Assembly (NCBI RefSeq): GCF_963921235.1
Contig: NC_086097.1
Span: 252,466,001-252,530,000 of the forward strand
Length of the DNA stretch: 64,000 nucleotides
Direction of reading: 5' to 3'
Source of the DNA: Mobula hypostoma
Lineage: Eukaryota
Both the position numbers and the translations under genes were made by a program. Every line of letters begins with the position of its first letter. Positions within the stretch are counted from its first letter, which is position 1. This document shows positions 24,240 to 35,340 of the stretch, piece by piece. The notes under the pieces are model-generated. The model ran no database searches, was not told the origin of the DNA, and was given only the letters and a program-made list of their open reading frames with translations.

Positions 24240-24418
24240 AACAGAAAATACTTTGCAGGTGCTGGGGTCAAAGCAACACTCACAACACGCTGGAGGAACT
24301 CAGCAGGTTGGGCAGCATCCGTGAAAACGAATAGTCAACGTTTCGGGCTGGAACATTGACTGTTCATTTCCACGGATGCTGCCCGACCTGCTGAGTTCCT
24401 CTAGCGTGTTGTGAATGT
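24240..24418. mobile_element. Penelope-derived fold-back element (about 67-bp inverted arms, 24276-24418)
   Basis: ACACTCACAACACGCTGGAGGAACTCAGCAGG... pairs with ...CCTGCTGAGTTCCTCTAGCGTGTTGTGAATGT. Confidence 0.85.
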
Positions 24419-24469
24419 AAGTGTGTGTGTATATATATATATATGTATATATGGTTCCTTAAGGTTGCT

Positions 24470-25032
24470 GTAGCCGTGGGGGAGGGGTGGGTGGTAATGG
24501 GGACAAGCTCCCAATACCTATTAAATGCTTCCAAATGGTGTGCACCTCAAATAGCCTCTGACAACTAAGTCCAGCTCCTGGCCTTCACATGCGGCTTAGC
24601 TACTAAGTCTGATGGAATGGTTTCCACTCAAAGCCGGGTTACTGGCATCTTAAAACCAGTTGCTTTGGGCAGATGGAGCTCGTCAGCCATGGTTGGCAGC
24701 TCATCTAGGAGAAGGAAAGCTCTGATCTCAAACCTCTGCTGCCTAGTGGCTAAACCCACTCATGGTGAAGACTGGGAGTAAACTTTGAGGGAAATATCCC
24801 GAGCTGGAGGCCCTAAGGCAGTCCTCATTGAGTTCAATGTTGACTGGCAATTCCTGCAACACTGCTGGTACCGAAATGAATCGGTCTCTGTTGTTTCTTT
24901 GGGTTCATCAGATGTGTGGTGAGGGGAGCTTGCTACACGGGCAACAGCTTGTTCTCCAAATCTTACTGCCCAGGCTTGCACACCTAGACAGTTAGAATGC
25001 AACATCCATCATTGAGTCTGACTGTTGGAGGA
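24470..25032 (+). mobile_element. Uninterrupted copy of the non-coding RTE-like short retroelement
   Basis: Colinear with the split minus-strand copy at 6585-9830. Flanked by TA-rich repeats. Confidence 0.7.
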
Positions 25033-25499
25033 TCATATATGTATATTAAATAAGACCATAAGAGAGAGACCATCGAGTCTGCTCAGCCATTTCATCCTCT
25101 CAGCCCCAATCTCCTGTCTTCTCCTTGTATCCCTTCATGCCCTGACCAATCAAGAATCTATGAACCTCTGCCTTTTATATACATAAAGACTTGGCCTCCA
25201 CAGCTGCCTGTGGCAAAGAATTCCACAGATTCACCATTCTTTGGCTAAAGAAATTCCTCCTCATCTCTGTTCTAAAAGGACACCCCTCTAATCTCTCCCA
25301 CCGTAGGAAACATCCTCTCCACATCCACTCTATCAAGGCCTTTCACCTTTTGATAGATTTCAATGAGGTCACACCTCACTCTTTTGAATCCTAGTGAATA
25401 CAGGCCCAGAGCCATCAAACACTCTTCAAATTACAAGCCATTCAATCCTGGAATCGTTTCTGTGAATCTCGTTTGAATCCTCTCCAGTTTCAACACATC

Positions 25500-25800
25500 A
25501 TTTCCAGTGTTAGTGCTACCTCTACAATGGCAAAAATGGTCTCTCTGGTTCGTGATAAAGTGCTTGCAAAGACTGAGAAAGCATTAAGTGTGTGGCTAGA
25601 GGACATGTCACAGAAGCATATCCCTGTTGATGGCAAAATTATGCGTGAAAAAACACTGAGCCTCTATCAGCACTACTGTGAGAGTGTTGAGGAGAGCGAG
25701 AGGAAGGAGTTTAAGGCTAGTAAGGGATGGCTGGCTAGCTATGTAAAGCGTTACAGCCTCACGAACTTAAAGATCACGGGAGAATCAGCATGGCAGATGT
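25500..25800 (+). mobile_element. Tigger/pogo transposase fragment (CENP-B-type HTH)
   Basis: EKALSVWLEDMSQKHIPVDGKIMREKT...FKASKGWL...LKITGESA. Confidence 0.88.
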
Positions 25801-27643
25801 ACTAAGTATCCTATCATGGAGATGATCGAAGTACACGCTTGAAGTCTCTCAGAGAAAAAAAATTGTTGATCACAAACTATCAAAAGCTCACACTGCTGCT
25901 CTAAGTGTTGAAAATATAGCTAGTGAAGATGCTTTTGGAAAATTATGTGACACCATGATTGCTTCGCATCTAAAGGCAACTTGTTCAATTTTTCATTCTG
26001 CATATTATTTAGCTCAGAATGACAGACTGTACTCTGATCACTTTGGCTTATTGGAACTTCAAAAAATTAATGGTATTGACATTGGAAATGGATTGCATTC
26101 CCACACTAGTGCTACAGAGATAATTAATCACATAGGCATTAATATGAAAAATAAAATTTGCCAGCATGTCAAGCAGATAAATGGCAAAGTTTCTGTTCTC
26201 ATTGATAAACAACAAGCCCGAGCATTAAGACCGTCCTAATAGTTGATTTGAAATGTGAAAGTGATCAGGAAGGGGATCCCCATTTTATGTTTTTAGATCT
26301 AATAGAACTGCCTGATCAGAAAGCTGCAACTATTGCTAAGCATCTATTGAACTGTCTCAATAACCATGGGTTTGATGACTCTTACTTGAAACAGAACCTT
26401 GTAGCATTTGCTACTGATGGGGTGAGCGTAATGCTTGGTGTTAAATCTGGTGTTGCTACAATTCTCAAGGAACATTACCCTGATGTGATAATTTGGCACT
26501 GTCTAATCACAGATTAGAACTTGCAGTCGGTGATTCGGTGAGAGAAGTTCATGGAATAAATCATTTTCAACCATTTATGGACAAATTGTACTCTGTTGAC
26601 AGTAGATCACCTCTAAATCAAAAGGAACTGTCTGAATGTGCCTCTCAACTAGGACAACAAATTTGCAAAATAGGCCATGTTCTGGGCACCAGGTGGGTAG
26701 CTAGCTCATTTCGAACAGTTCCAGCAGTGTGGCAAAATTATGAAGCACTGTGTTTTCATTTTGAAAAAGCAATGAAGGATGAAACAAGATCTGGGAGTGA
26801 CAGAAAAACCTATGAAGGTCTGTTGAAAAGACTCTCTTCAGAACAGTTTCTATTGGACTCTGATGTATGACATGTTGCATGAACTTGGTTTACTGTCAGA
26901 GTGTTTACAGAAACGCACGATTGTCTATGCGGACAAACTGATTCAACAGAGCATAAGATCACTGCATGGAGTGAAAGAGCAACCTGGTACAAAAACTCTA
27001 GAAGCTCAAGAGGCAGTTGAAAAGGGGAAGTTTGGAGAAATTACCTTAACAAGCAATAACAAAATAGTCTCCATTAATTATCTACAGTTTCTTACTCGTC
27101 TTATAAACAATTTGCAGCACCGTATGTTCATGGTAACATCCTTGAAAGGTTCTCAAACTTCTGAACCTCAAAGTATGTCTAAATCCCTGCTAAATGAAAT
27201 GTAAAGATAACTGGCCTGCTGAAATACTGCCTAATTATGGAGAAGCTGCAATATCATCTCTCTGTAAGAGGTTTAAACTTTTTTCTTCCTCTGTGATAGA
27301 TGCCTTCAGAGATTATGTGGAGGATTGTGGACACAGCATCCCCCAAGATTTATGCCCATTACTGAGCTGTTCACAAGTTATTCCTATTAGTACTGCTGAG
27401 TGTGAGAGAGGATTCAGTCACATGCACAAGATAACAACAACAACACACTCAAAAGTTCTCATAAATGATGTATCAGCACTTATGTTTGTTAAACTACACG
27501 GACCTCCTCTAGTTCAGTGGAATCCTGAACCGTATGTCACATCATGGCTGAGATACCACAGATCAGCAGATGACACCAGGACAAGAGTTGCTTCAGACAC
27601 TCAAATACACATTACGCCTGACCTTTTGTGGAAATTATTGTGA
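25795..27643 (+). pseudogene. 3' part of a degraded hAT transposase (KIAA1586/ZNF862-like), multiple frameshifts
   Basis: VAFATDGVSVMLG, WHCL/NHRLELAV, GTRWVASS and C-terminal dimerisation motif IPISTAECERGFS. Confidence 0.9.
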
Positions 27644-27951
27644 AACGTCTCATTGGTGGCATTTGGTAAGTAGGTAATTACATTTAAATTGATAAAATAC
27701 ATGATTACCATCTTTTTCTTTACTTGCTTGATAATTATATTTGATGATAATTAGTGAGTGCAACTGTGCAATACTTTGTCATATTATTGAATTAAGTATT
27801 ATATGTTTTATTGTACCAATTATACACTGAAATGTAGTGATAGGCTTTAATCTTGTTAATGTCTGAAGTATCACTATTTCTGTTGAACTCTGGAATTCAT
27901 ACATTTCTTTCACCTTGGTTTAGTGCTTGACATTATAAGCAGCCCCATTCA

Positions 27952-28062
27952 TATATATATGTCACACTCAATTTGTGTACCTGCTCATTACTCCAATGGG
28001 GCAAGGAAGTTGCGCAGAACATGAAATGAGCAGGTACACAAATTGCGTGTGAAATATATATA
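27952..28062. repeat. Short inverted repeat / MITE-like hairpin in a TA tract
   Basis: TCACACTCAATTTGTGTACCTGCTCATT (27962-27989) vs AATGAGCAGGTACACAAATTGCGTGTGA (28025-28052): 27/28 complementary, extended by flanking TA repeats. Confidence 0.88.
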
Positions 28063-28129
28063 GAGAGGATATAGGAAATGGCAAGCATTTTGTCAGCTCC
28101 AGCACCTAAAAAGTTAGAAGTTATCATTT

Positions 28130-31100
28130 CTAAGATAAGGAGCCCAAACCTGCTCACAATACTCCAAGTGAGGCCTCACCAGTGCTTTAGAAGGTCTCAA
28201 CATTACATCCTTGCTTTTATATTCTAGTCCTCATGAAATGAATGCTAACATTGCATTTGCCTTCCTCACCACAGACTCAACCTGCAAGTTAAACTTCAGG
28301 GAATCCTGCACGAGGTCTCCCAAGTCCCTTTGCACCTCAGGCTTTAGTATTTTCTCTCCATTTAGAAAATAGTCAACCCTTTCATTTCTTCTACCAAAGT
28401 GCTTGACCATACACTTCCTGACACTGTATTCCATCTATCAAAATTTGCAACAAAGCCATCAATTGCATAATTCAAATCATTGACATATAATGTAAAAAGA
28501 ACTGGTCCCAACACAGTGCCCTGTAGAACACCACAAGTCACTGGCAGCCAGTCAGAAAATTCCCACTCTTTGCCTTCTGCCAATCAGCCACTGCTTTATC
28601 CGTGCTAGAATCTTTCCTGTAATATTATGGGCTCATAGAAGATTATAAGGCTAGAAGGAAGGAGCTTAAGAATGAAATTAGGACAGCCAGACAGGATTAA
28701 GGAAAACACCAAGGCATTCTACAAGTATGTGACGAGAAAGAGGATAGGACATGAGAGGATAGGACCAATCAAGAGTGACAGTGGAAAAGTGTGTATGGAA
28801 CCGGAGGAGATAGCAGAGGCACTTAATGAATACATTACTTCAGTATTCACTATGGAAAAGGATCTTGGCAATTGTAGGGATGACTTGCAGTGGACTGAAA
28901 AGCTTGAACATAGAGATATCAAGGAAGAGGATGTGCTGGAGCTTTTGGAAAGCATCAAGTTGGATAAGTCACCGGGACTGGACGGGATGTACCCCAGGCT
29001 ACTGTGGGAATCGAGAGAGGAGATTGCTAAGCCTCTGGTGATGATCTTTGCATCATCCTAAGGACAGGAGAGGTTCCGGAGGATTGGAGGTTTGCGGATG
29101 TTGTTCCCTTATTCAAGAAAGGGAGTAGAGATAGTCCAGGAAATTATAGACCAGTGAGTCTTACCTCAGTGGTTGGTAAGTTAACGGACAGGATCCTGAG
29201 AGACAGGATTTACATTTGGAGAACATTTGGAGAGGCATAATATGGTTAGGAATAGTCAGCATGGGTCAAAGGCAGATCGAGCCTTATGAGCCTGATTGAA
29301 TTTTTTGAGGATGTGACCAAACACATTGATGAAGGTAAAGCCGTGGATGTAGTGTATATGGATTTTAACAAGGCATTTGATGAGGCTTATTGAGAAAGTA
29401 AGGGATCCAAGGAGACATTGCTTTGTGGATCCAAAACTGGCTTGCCCACAGAAGGCAAAGAGTGGTTTTAGACAGGTCATATTTTTCATGGAGGTTGGTG
29501 ACCAGTGGTGTGAATCAGGGATCTGTTCTGGGATCCCTACTGTTGGTGATTTTTATAAATGACCTGGATGAGGAAGTGGAGGGATGGGTTAGTAAATTTG
29601 CTGATGACACAGAGGTTGGGGGTGTTGTGGATAGTGTGGAGGGCTGTCAGAGGTTACAGTGGGACATTGATTGGATGCAAAACTGGGCTGAGAAGTGGCA
29701 GTTGGAGTTCAACCCAGATAAGTGTGAAGTGGTTCATTTTGGTAGGTCAAATATGATGGCAGAATATAGCATTAATGGTAAGACTCTTGGCAGTGTGGAG
29801 GATCTTGGGGTCCGAGTCCATAAGACACTTAAAGCTGCTACGCAGGTTGACTCTGTGGTTAAGAAAGCATATGGTGCATTGGCCTTCATCAATCGTGTGA
29901 CTGAGTTTAAGAGCCGCGAGGTAATGTTGCAGCTATATAGGACCCTGGTCAGACCCCACTTGGAGTACTGTGCTCAATTCCGGTCACCTTACTACAGGAA
30001 GTACTTGGAAACCATAGGACGTGTGCAGAGGAGATTTACAAGGATGTTGCCTGGATTGGGGAGCATGCCTTATGAGAATAGGTTGAGTGAACTCGGACTT
30101 TTCTCCTTGGAGCGACGGAGGATGAGAGGTGACCTGATAGAGGTGTACAAGATAATGAGAGGCATTGATCGTGTGGATAGTCAGATGCTTTTTCCCAGTG
30201 CTGAAATGGCTAGCAGGAGAGGACTAGTTTTAAGGTGCTTGAAAGTAGGTACAGAGGAGATGTCAGGGGTAAGTTTTTTACGCAGAGAGTGGTGAGTGCG
30301 TGGAATGGGCTGCCGGCGCAGGTGGTGGAGGCAGAAACAATAGGGTCTTTTAAGGAACTCCTGGATGGATACATGGAGCTTAGAAAAAGAGAGGGCTATG
30401 GGTAAGACTAAGTAGCTCTAAGGTAAGGACATGTTCGGCACAGCTTTGAGGGCCAAAGGGTCTGTATTGTGCTGTAGGTTTTCTATGTTTCATAGCTTGT
30501 TAAGTAGCCTCACATGTGGCACCTTGTCAAAGGCCTTCTGAAAATCCAAGTACACAGGGTCAACTGATTCTCCTTTGTCTATCCTGCTTGTTATTTCTTC
30601 AAAGAATTCCAGCAGCTTTGTCAGGCAAGACTTTTCCTTGAGGAAACCATGCTGACTATGGCCTATTTTATCATGTACCTCCAAGTACCCTTAGACTTGA
30701 TCCTTAATCTTCCAAAATCTTACCAACCACTGCGGTCAGACTAACTGGCCTATAGTTTCCTTTCTTCTGCCTCTCTCCTTCATTGAAGAGTGGAGTCACA
30801 TTTGCAATTTTCCAGTCTTCTGGAACCATTCCAGAATCTAGTGATTCTTGAAAGGTCATTACTAATGCCTGCATGATCTCTTTAGTCACCTCTTTCAGAA
30901 CCCTGGGGCATACACCTTCTGGTCCAGGTAACTGAGCTACCTTCAGACTTTCAGTTTCCCAAGAACCTTCCCGCTAGTAATGGTAATTTCACACACTTCA
31001 TGACCCCTGACAGCTGGAACTTCCACCTTATTGCTAGCGTCTTCAGTTCTTCTGCCATTTCGTTGTCCCCCATTGCTACCTCTTCAGTAATGTTTTCCTG

Positions 31101-31905
31101 TGGTCCGATATCCACTCTTGCCTCTTTTTACGCTTTATGTATCTAAATACATGTTCTCTTTAATATTATTGGTTAGCTTACTTTCATATTCCATCTTTAC
31201 CTTCTTAAGGACTTCAGTTCCCTTCTTTAGGCTTTGAAAAGCTTCCCAATCCTGTAATTTCCTACTATTTTTTGCCCTCTCTTTGGCTATTAGTTTGGCT
31301 TTGACTTCTTTTGTTAGCCACGGCTGTGTCACCTTTCCTCTAGAATACTTTTTTCCTCTTTGGGATGCTTTTATCCTGTGCCTTCTGAATTGCTTCCAGA
31401 AATTCCAGCCATCGTTGCTCTGCCATCATCCCTGCCAGTGTTCTTTTCCAATTAATTCTGGCCAAATCCTATCTCATGCCTCTGTAAATTCCCTTTACTC
31501 CACCGTAATACTGGTACATCTGACTTTAGCTTCTCCTTCTCAAATTTGAGGGTGAATTTGATCATATTATGATCACTCCACCCAAAGATTCTTTTACCTT
31601 AAGCTCTCTAATCAATTTTGTTTCATTGCACAATTCCTAATCCAGAACAGCTGATGCTCTCATGAACTCAATCATGAGCTCCTCTAAAAAGCCATCTTTT
31701 AAGCACTCTAGAACTTCCCCTCCTGTAATCCAGCACCAGCCTGATTTTCCCATCTACCTGCATATTGAAATCCCCAATGACTATTGTAACATTGCCCATT
31801 TGGCATGCATTTTGTATCTCCCATTGTAATTTGTAGGCCACATCCTTACTACTGTTTGGGGTCTGTATACAAATCCCATCAGGGTCTTTTTACCCTTGCA
31901 AGTCC
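28130..31905 (-). mobile_element. Old degraded CR1, split by the insertion at 28639-30490
   Basis: Minus-strand APE/RT peptides (YRP, WKIANVTPLF, DFQKAFDKVPH). TSD CATAG at 28634-28638 and 30491-30495. Confidence 0.88.
28639..30490 (+). mobile_element. 5'-truncated CR1 (family B)
   Basis: RT with KFADDT and AEYSINGKTLGSVE. TTTCTATG tail. Confidence 0.95.
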
Positions 31906-32874
31906 TTACCCTGATCATTGGGACCTCTTTTGGGGCAAGTGTGACCTGTACAAAAAGGACAGGTTGCACTTGAATCCCAGGGGGAACAATATCCTGGCGG
32001 GGCCATTTGCTAAGGCTACTGGGGAGAGTTTAAACTAGAATTGTTGGGGGTGGGAACCGAACTGAAGAGACTGGGGAAGAGGAGGTTGGCTCACAAATAG
32101 AGAAAGCTTGTAGACAGTGCGAGAGGGAGGATAGGCAGGTGATAGAGAAGGGATGCGCTCAGACCGAAGGTTTGAAATGAGTCTATTTTAACACAAGGAG
32201 TGTTGTGAACAAAGTGGATGAGCTTAGAGCGTGGATCAGTACTTGGAGCTATGATGTGGTGGCCATTACAGAGACTTGGATGGCTCAGGAACAGGAATGA
32301 TTACTTCAAATGCTGGGTTTTAGATGTTCCAGAAAGGACAGGGAGGGAGGCAAAAGAGGTGGGGGCGTGGCACTGTTGATCAGAGAGAGGGTCACGGCTG
32401 CAGAAAAGGTGGACGTCATGGAGGGATTGTCTACGGAGTCCCTATGGGTGGAGGTTAAGAACAGGAACGGGTCAATAACTTTACTAGGTGTTTTTTATAG
32501 GCTGCCCAATAGTAACAGGAATATCGAGGGGCAGATAGGGAGACAGATCCTGGAAAGGTGTAATAATAACAGAGTTGTCGTGATGGGAGATTTTAATTCC
32601 CCAAATATTGACTGGCATCTCCTTAGAGCAAGGGGTTTAGATGGGGTGGAGTTTGTTAGGTGTGTCAAGAAGGTTTCTTGACACAATATGTAGATAAGCC
32701 TACAAGAGGAAAGGCTGTACTTGATTTGGTCAGGTGTCAGATTTCTCATTGGGAGAGCATTCTATCTCCATTACAATTGCATTGGAGAGAGATAGAAACG
32801 GACAAGTTAGAAAAGAGTTTAATTGGAGTAAGGGGAATTATGAAGCTATCAGGCAGGAAATTGGAAGCATAAAG

Positions 32875-34016
32875 TGTGAGGTGGTACACTTTGGAAGGAC
32901 AAACTCCAAGGCAGAGTACAAAGTAAATGGCAGGATACTTGGCAGTGTGGAGGAAGAGAGGGATCTGGGGGTACATGTCCACAGATCCCTGAAAGTTGCC
33001 TCACAGGTAGATAGGGTAGTTAAGAAAGCTTATGGGGTGTTAGCTTTCATAAGTCAAGGGATAGAGTTTAAGAGCGAGGTAATGATGTGGCTCTGTGAAA
33101 CTCTGGTTAGGCCACACTTGGAGTTCTGTGTCCAGTTCTGGTCGCCTCACTATAGGAAGGATGTGGAAGCATTGGAAAGGGTACAGAGGAGATTTACCAG
33201 GATGCTGCCTGGTTTAGAGAGTATGCATTATGATCAGAGATTAAGGGAGCTAGGGCTTTACTCTTTGGAGAGAAGGAGGATGAGAGGAGACATGATAGAG
33301 GTGTACAAGATAATAAGAGGAATAGATAGAGTGGATAGCCAGTGCCTCTTCCCCAGGGCACCACTGCTCAATACAAGAGGACATGGTAAGGGGTGGGAAG
33401 TTCAACTAGGATATTAGAGGAAGGTTTTTTACTCAGAGAGTGGTTGGTGCGTGGAATGCACTGCCTGAGTCAGTGGTAGAGGCAGATACACTAGTGAAAT
33501 TTAAGAGACTACTAGACAGGTATATGGAGGAATTTAAGGTAGGGGCTTATATGGGAGGCAGGGTTTGAGGGTTGGCACAACATTGTGGGCCAAAGGGCCT
33601 GTACTGTGCTGTACTATTCTATGTTCTGTTGGAGGGTTGCAGATATTGTTCCTTCATTCAAGAAAGGGAGTAGGGATAGCACAGGAAATTATAGACCAGT
33701 GAGTCTTGCTTCAGTGGTTGGTAAATTGATGGAGAAGATCCTGACAGGCAGGATTTATGAACATTTGGAGAGGCATAATATGATTACGAAAAGTCAGCAT
33801 GGCTTTGTCAAAGGCAGATCATGCCTTACTAGCCTGATTGAATTTTCAAGTCGTCACTTTATATTGTCATTTCGACCATAACTGCTGGTACAGCACACAG
33901 TAAAAACAAGATGACGTTTTTCAGGACCATGGTGCTACATGAGACAATACAAAAACTACACTGAACTACGTCAAAAACAACACAAAACTACACTGGACTA
34001 CAGACTATGTTCTATG
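32875..34016. mobile_element. Nested block: CR1 3' fragment (+, to about 33626), family-B internal fragment (33627-33846), Rex1 3' end (-, 33847-34005)
   Basis: KCEVVHFGRTNSK peptide and CTATGTT tail on both sides of the inner block. The Rex1 piece is the reverse complement of 58525-58685. Confidence 0.8.
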
Positions 34017-35340
34017 TAAATTGGGAACAGATGTTCTCAGGGAAAGGTACGGAAGAAATGTGGCAAATGTTCAGGGGATATTTGTGTGGAGTTCTACACA
34101 GGTACATTGCAATGAGACAGGGAAGTTATGGTAGGGTACAGGAACCGTGATGTACAAAGGCTGTAATAAATCTAGTCAAGAAGAAAAGCTTACAAAAGGT
34201 TCAGAGAGCTAGGTAATGTTAGACATCCGGAAGATTATAAGGCTAATAGGAAGGAGCTTAATAAGGAAATTAGGAGAGCCAGAAGGGGCCATGAGAAGGC
34301 CTTGGTGGGCAGGATTAAGGAAAACCCCAAGTCTGACAGTGGGAAAGTGTGTATGGAACTGGAGGAAATAGCAGAGGTACTGAATGAATACTTTACTTCT
34401 GTATTGGAAAAAGATCCTGGTGATTGTACTGATGACTTGCAGCAGACTGAAAAGCTTGAGCATGTAGATATTAAGAAAGAGGATGTGCTGGAGCTTTTGG
34501 AAATCATCAAGTTGGTTAAGTTGCCGGGACCAGATGAGATGTACCCCAGGCTACTGTGGGAGGCGAGGGAGGAGATTGCTGAGCCTCTGGTGATGATCTT
34601 TGCATCATCAATGGGGACGGGAGAGGTTCTGGAGGATTGGAGGGTTGTGGATCTTGTTCCTTTATTCAAGAAAGGGAGTAGAGATAGCCCAGGAAATTAT
34701 AGACCAGTGAGTCTTACCTCAGTGGTTGGCAAGGTGATGGAGAAGATCCTGAGGGGCAGGATTTATGAACATTTGGAGAGGCATAATATGATTAGGAACA
34801 GTTAGCATAGCTTTATCAAGGGCAGGTCGTGCCTTACGAGCCTGATTGTATTTTTTGAGGATGTGACTAAACACATTGATGAAGGAAGAGCAGTAGATGT
34901 AGTGTATATGGATTTCAGCAAGGCATTTGATAAGGTACCCCATGCAATGCTTATTGAGAAAGTAAGGAGGCATGGGTTCCAAAGGGACATTGCTTTGTGG
35001 ATCCAGAACTGGCTTGCCACAGAAGGCAGAGAGTGGTTTTAGACAGGACATATTCTGCATGAAGGTTGGTCACCATTGGAATGCCTCAGGGATCTGTTCT
35101 GGGACCCTTACTCTTCATGATTTTTATAAATGACCTGGATGAGGAAGTGGAGGGATGGGTTAGTAAATTTGCTGATGATACAAAGGTTGGAGGTGCTGTG
35201 GATAGCGTGGAGGGCTGCCAGAGGTGACAGCGGGACATTGATAGGATGCAAAACTGGGCTGAAAAGTGGCAGATGGAGTTCAACCCAGATAAGTGTGAAG
35301 TGGTTCAGTTTGGTAGGTCAAATATGATGGCAGAATATAG

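Noticed and set aside
24570..24640. HDV/CPEB3-like ribozyme in the RTE-like element (CTCCTG-GCC-TTCAC...GGC)
   Set aside because: P2/P3-like pieces are suggestive (CTGA-CAGGAG is present in the minus copy near 9665), but I cannot build P1/P1.1, a competing GGCTTAG/CTAAG hairpin forms, and this copy lacks the 3' P2 strand. A descriptor search on the consensus would be needed.
25795..27643. Domesticated host gene such as KIAA1586 or ZNF862
   Set aside because: Multiple frameshifts and stops plus a detached 5' half indicate a dead transposon copy.
27883..27901. Right TIR of the split hAT element (GTTGAACTCTG)
   Set aside because: Only a gapped partial match to the putative left TIR, and the flanking 8-mers do not form a TSD.
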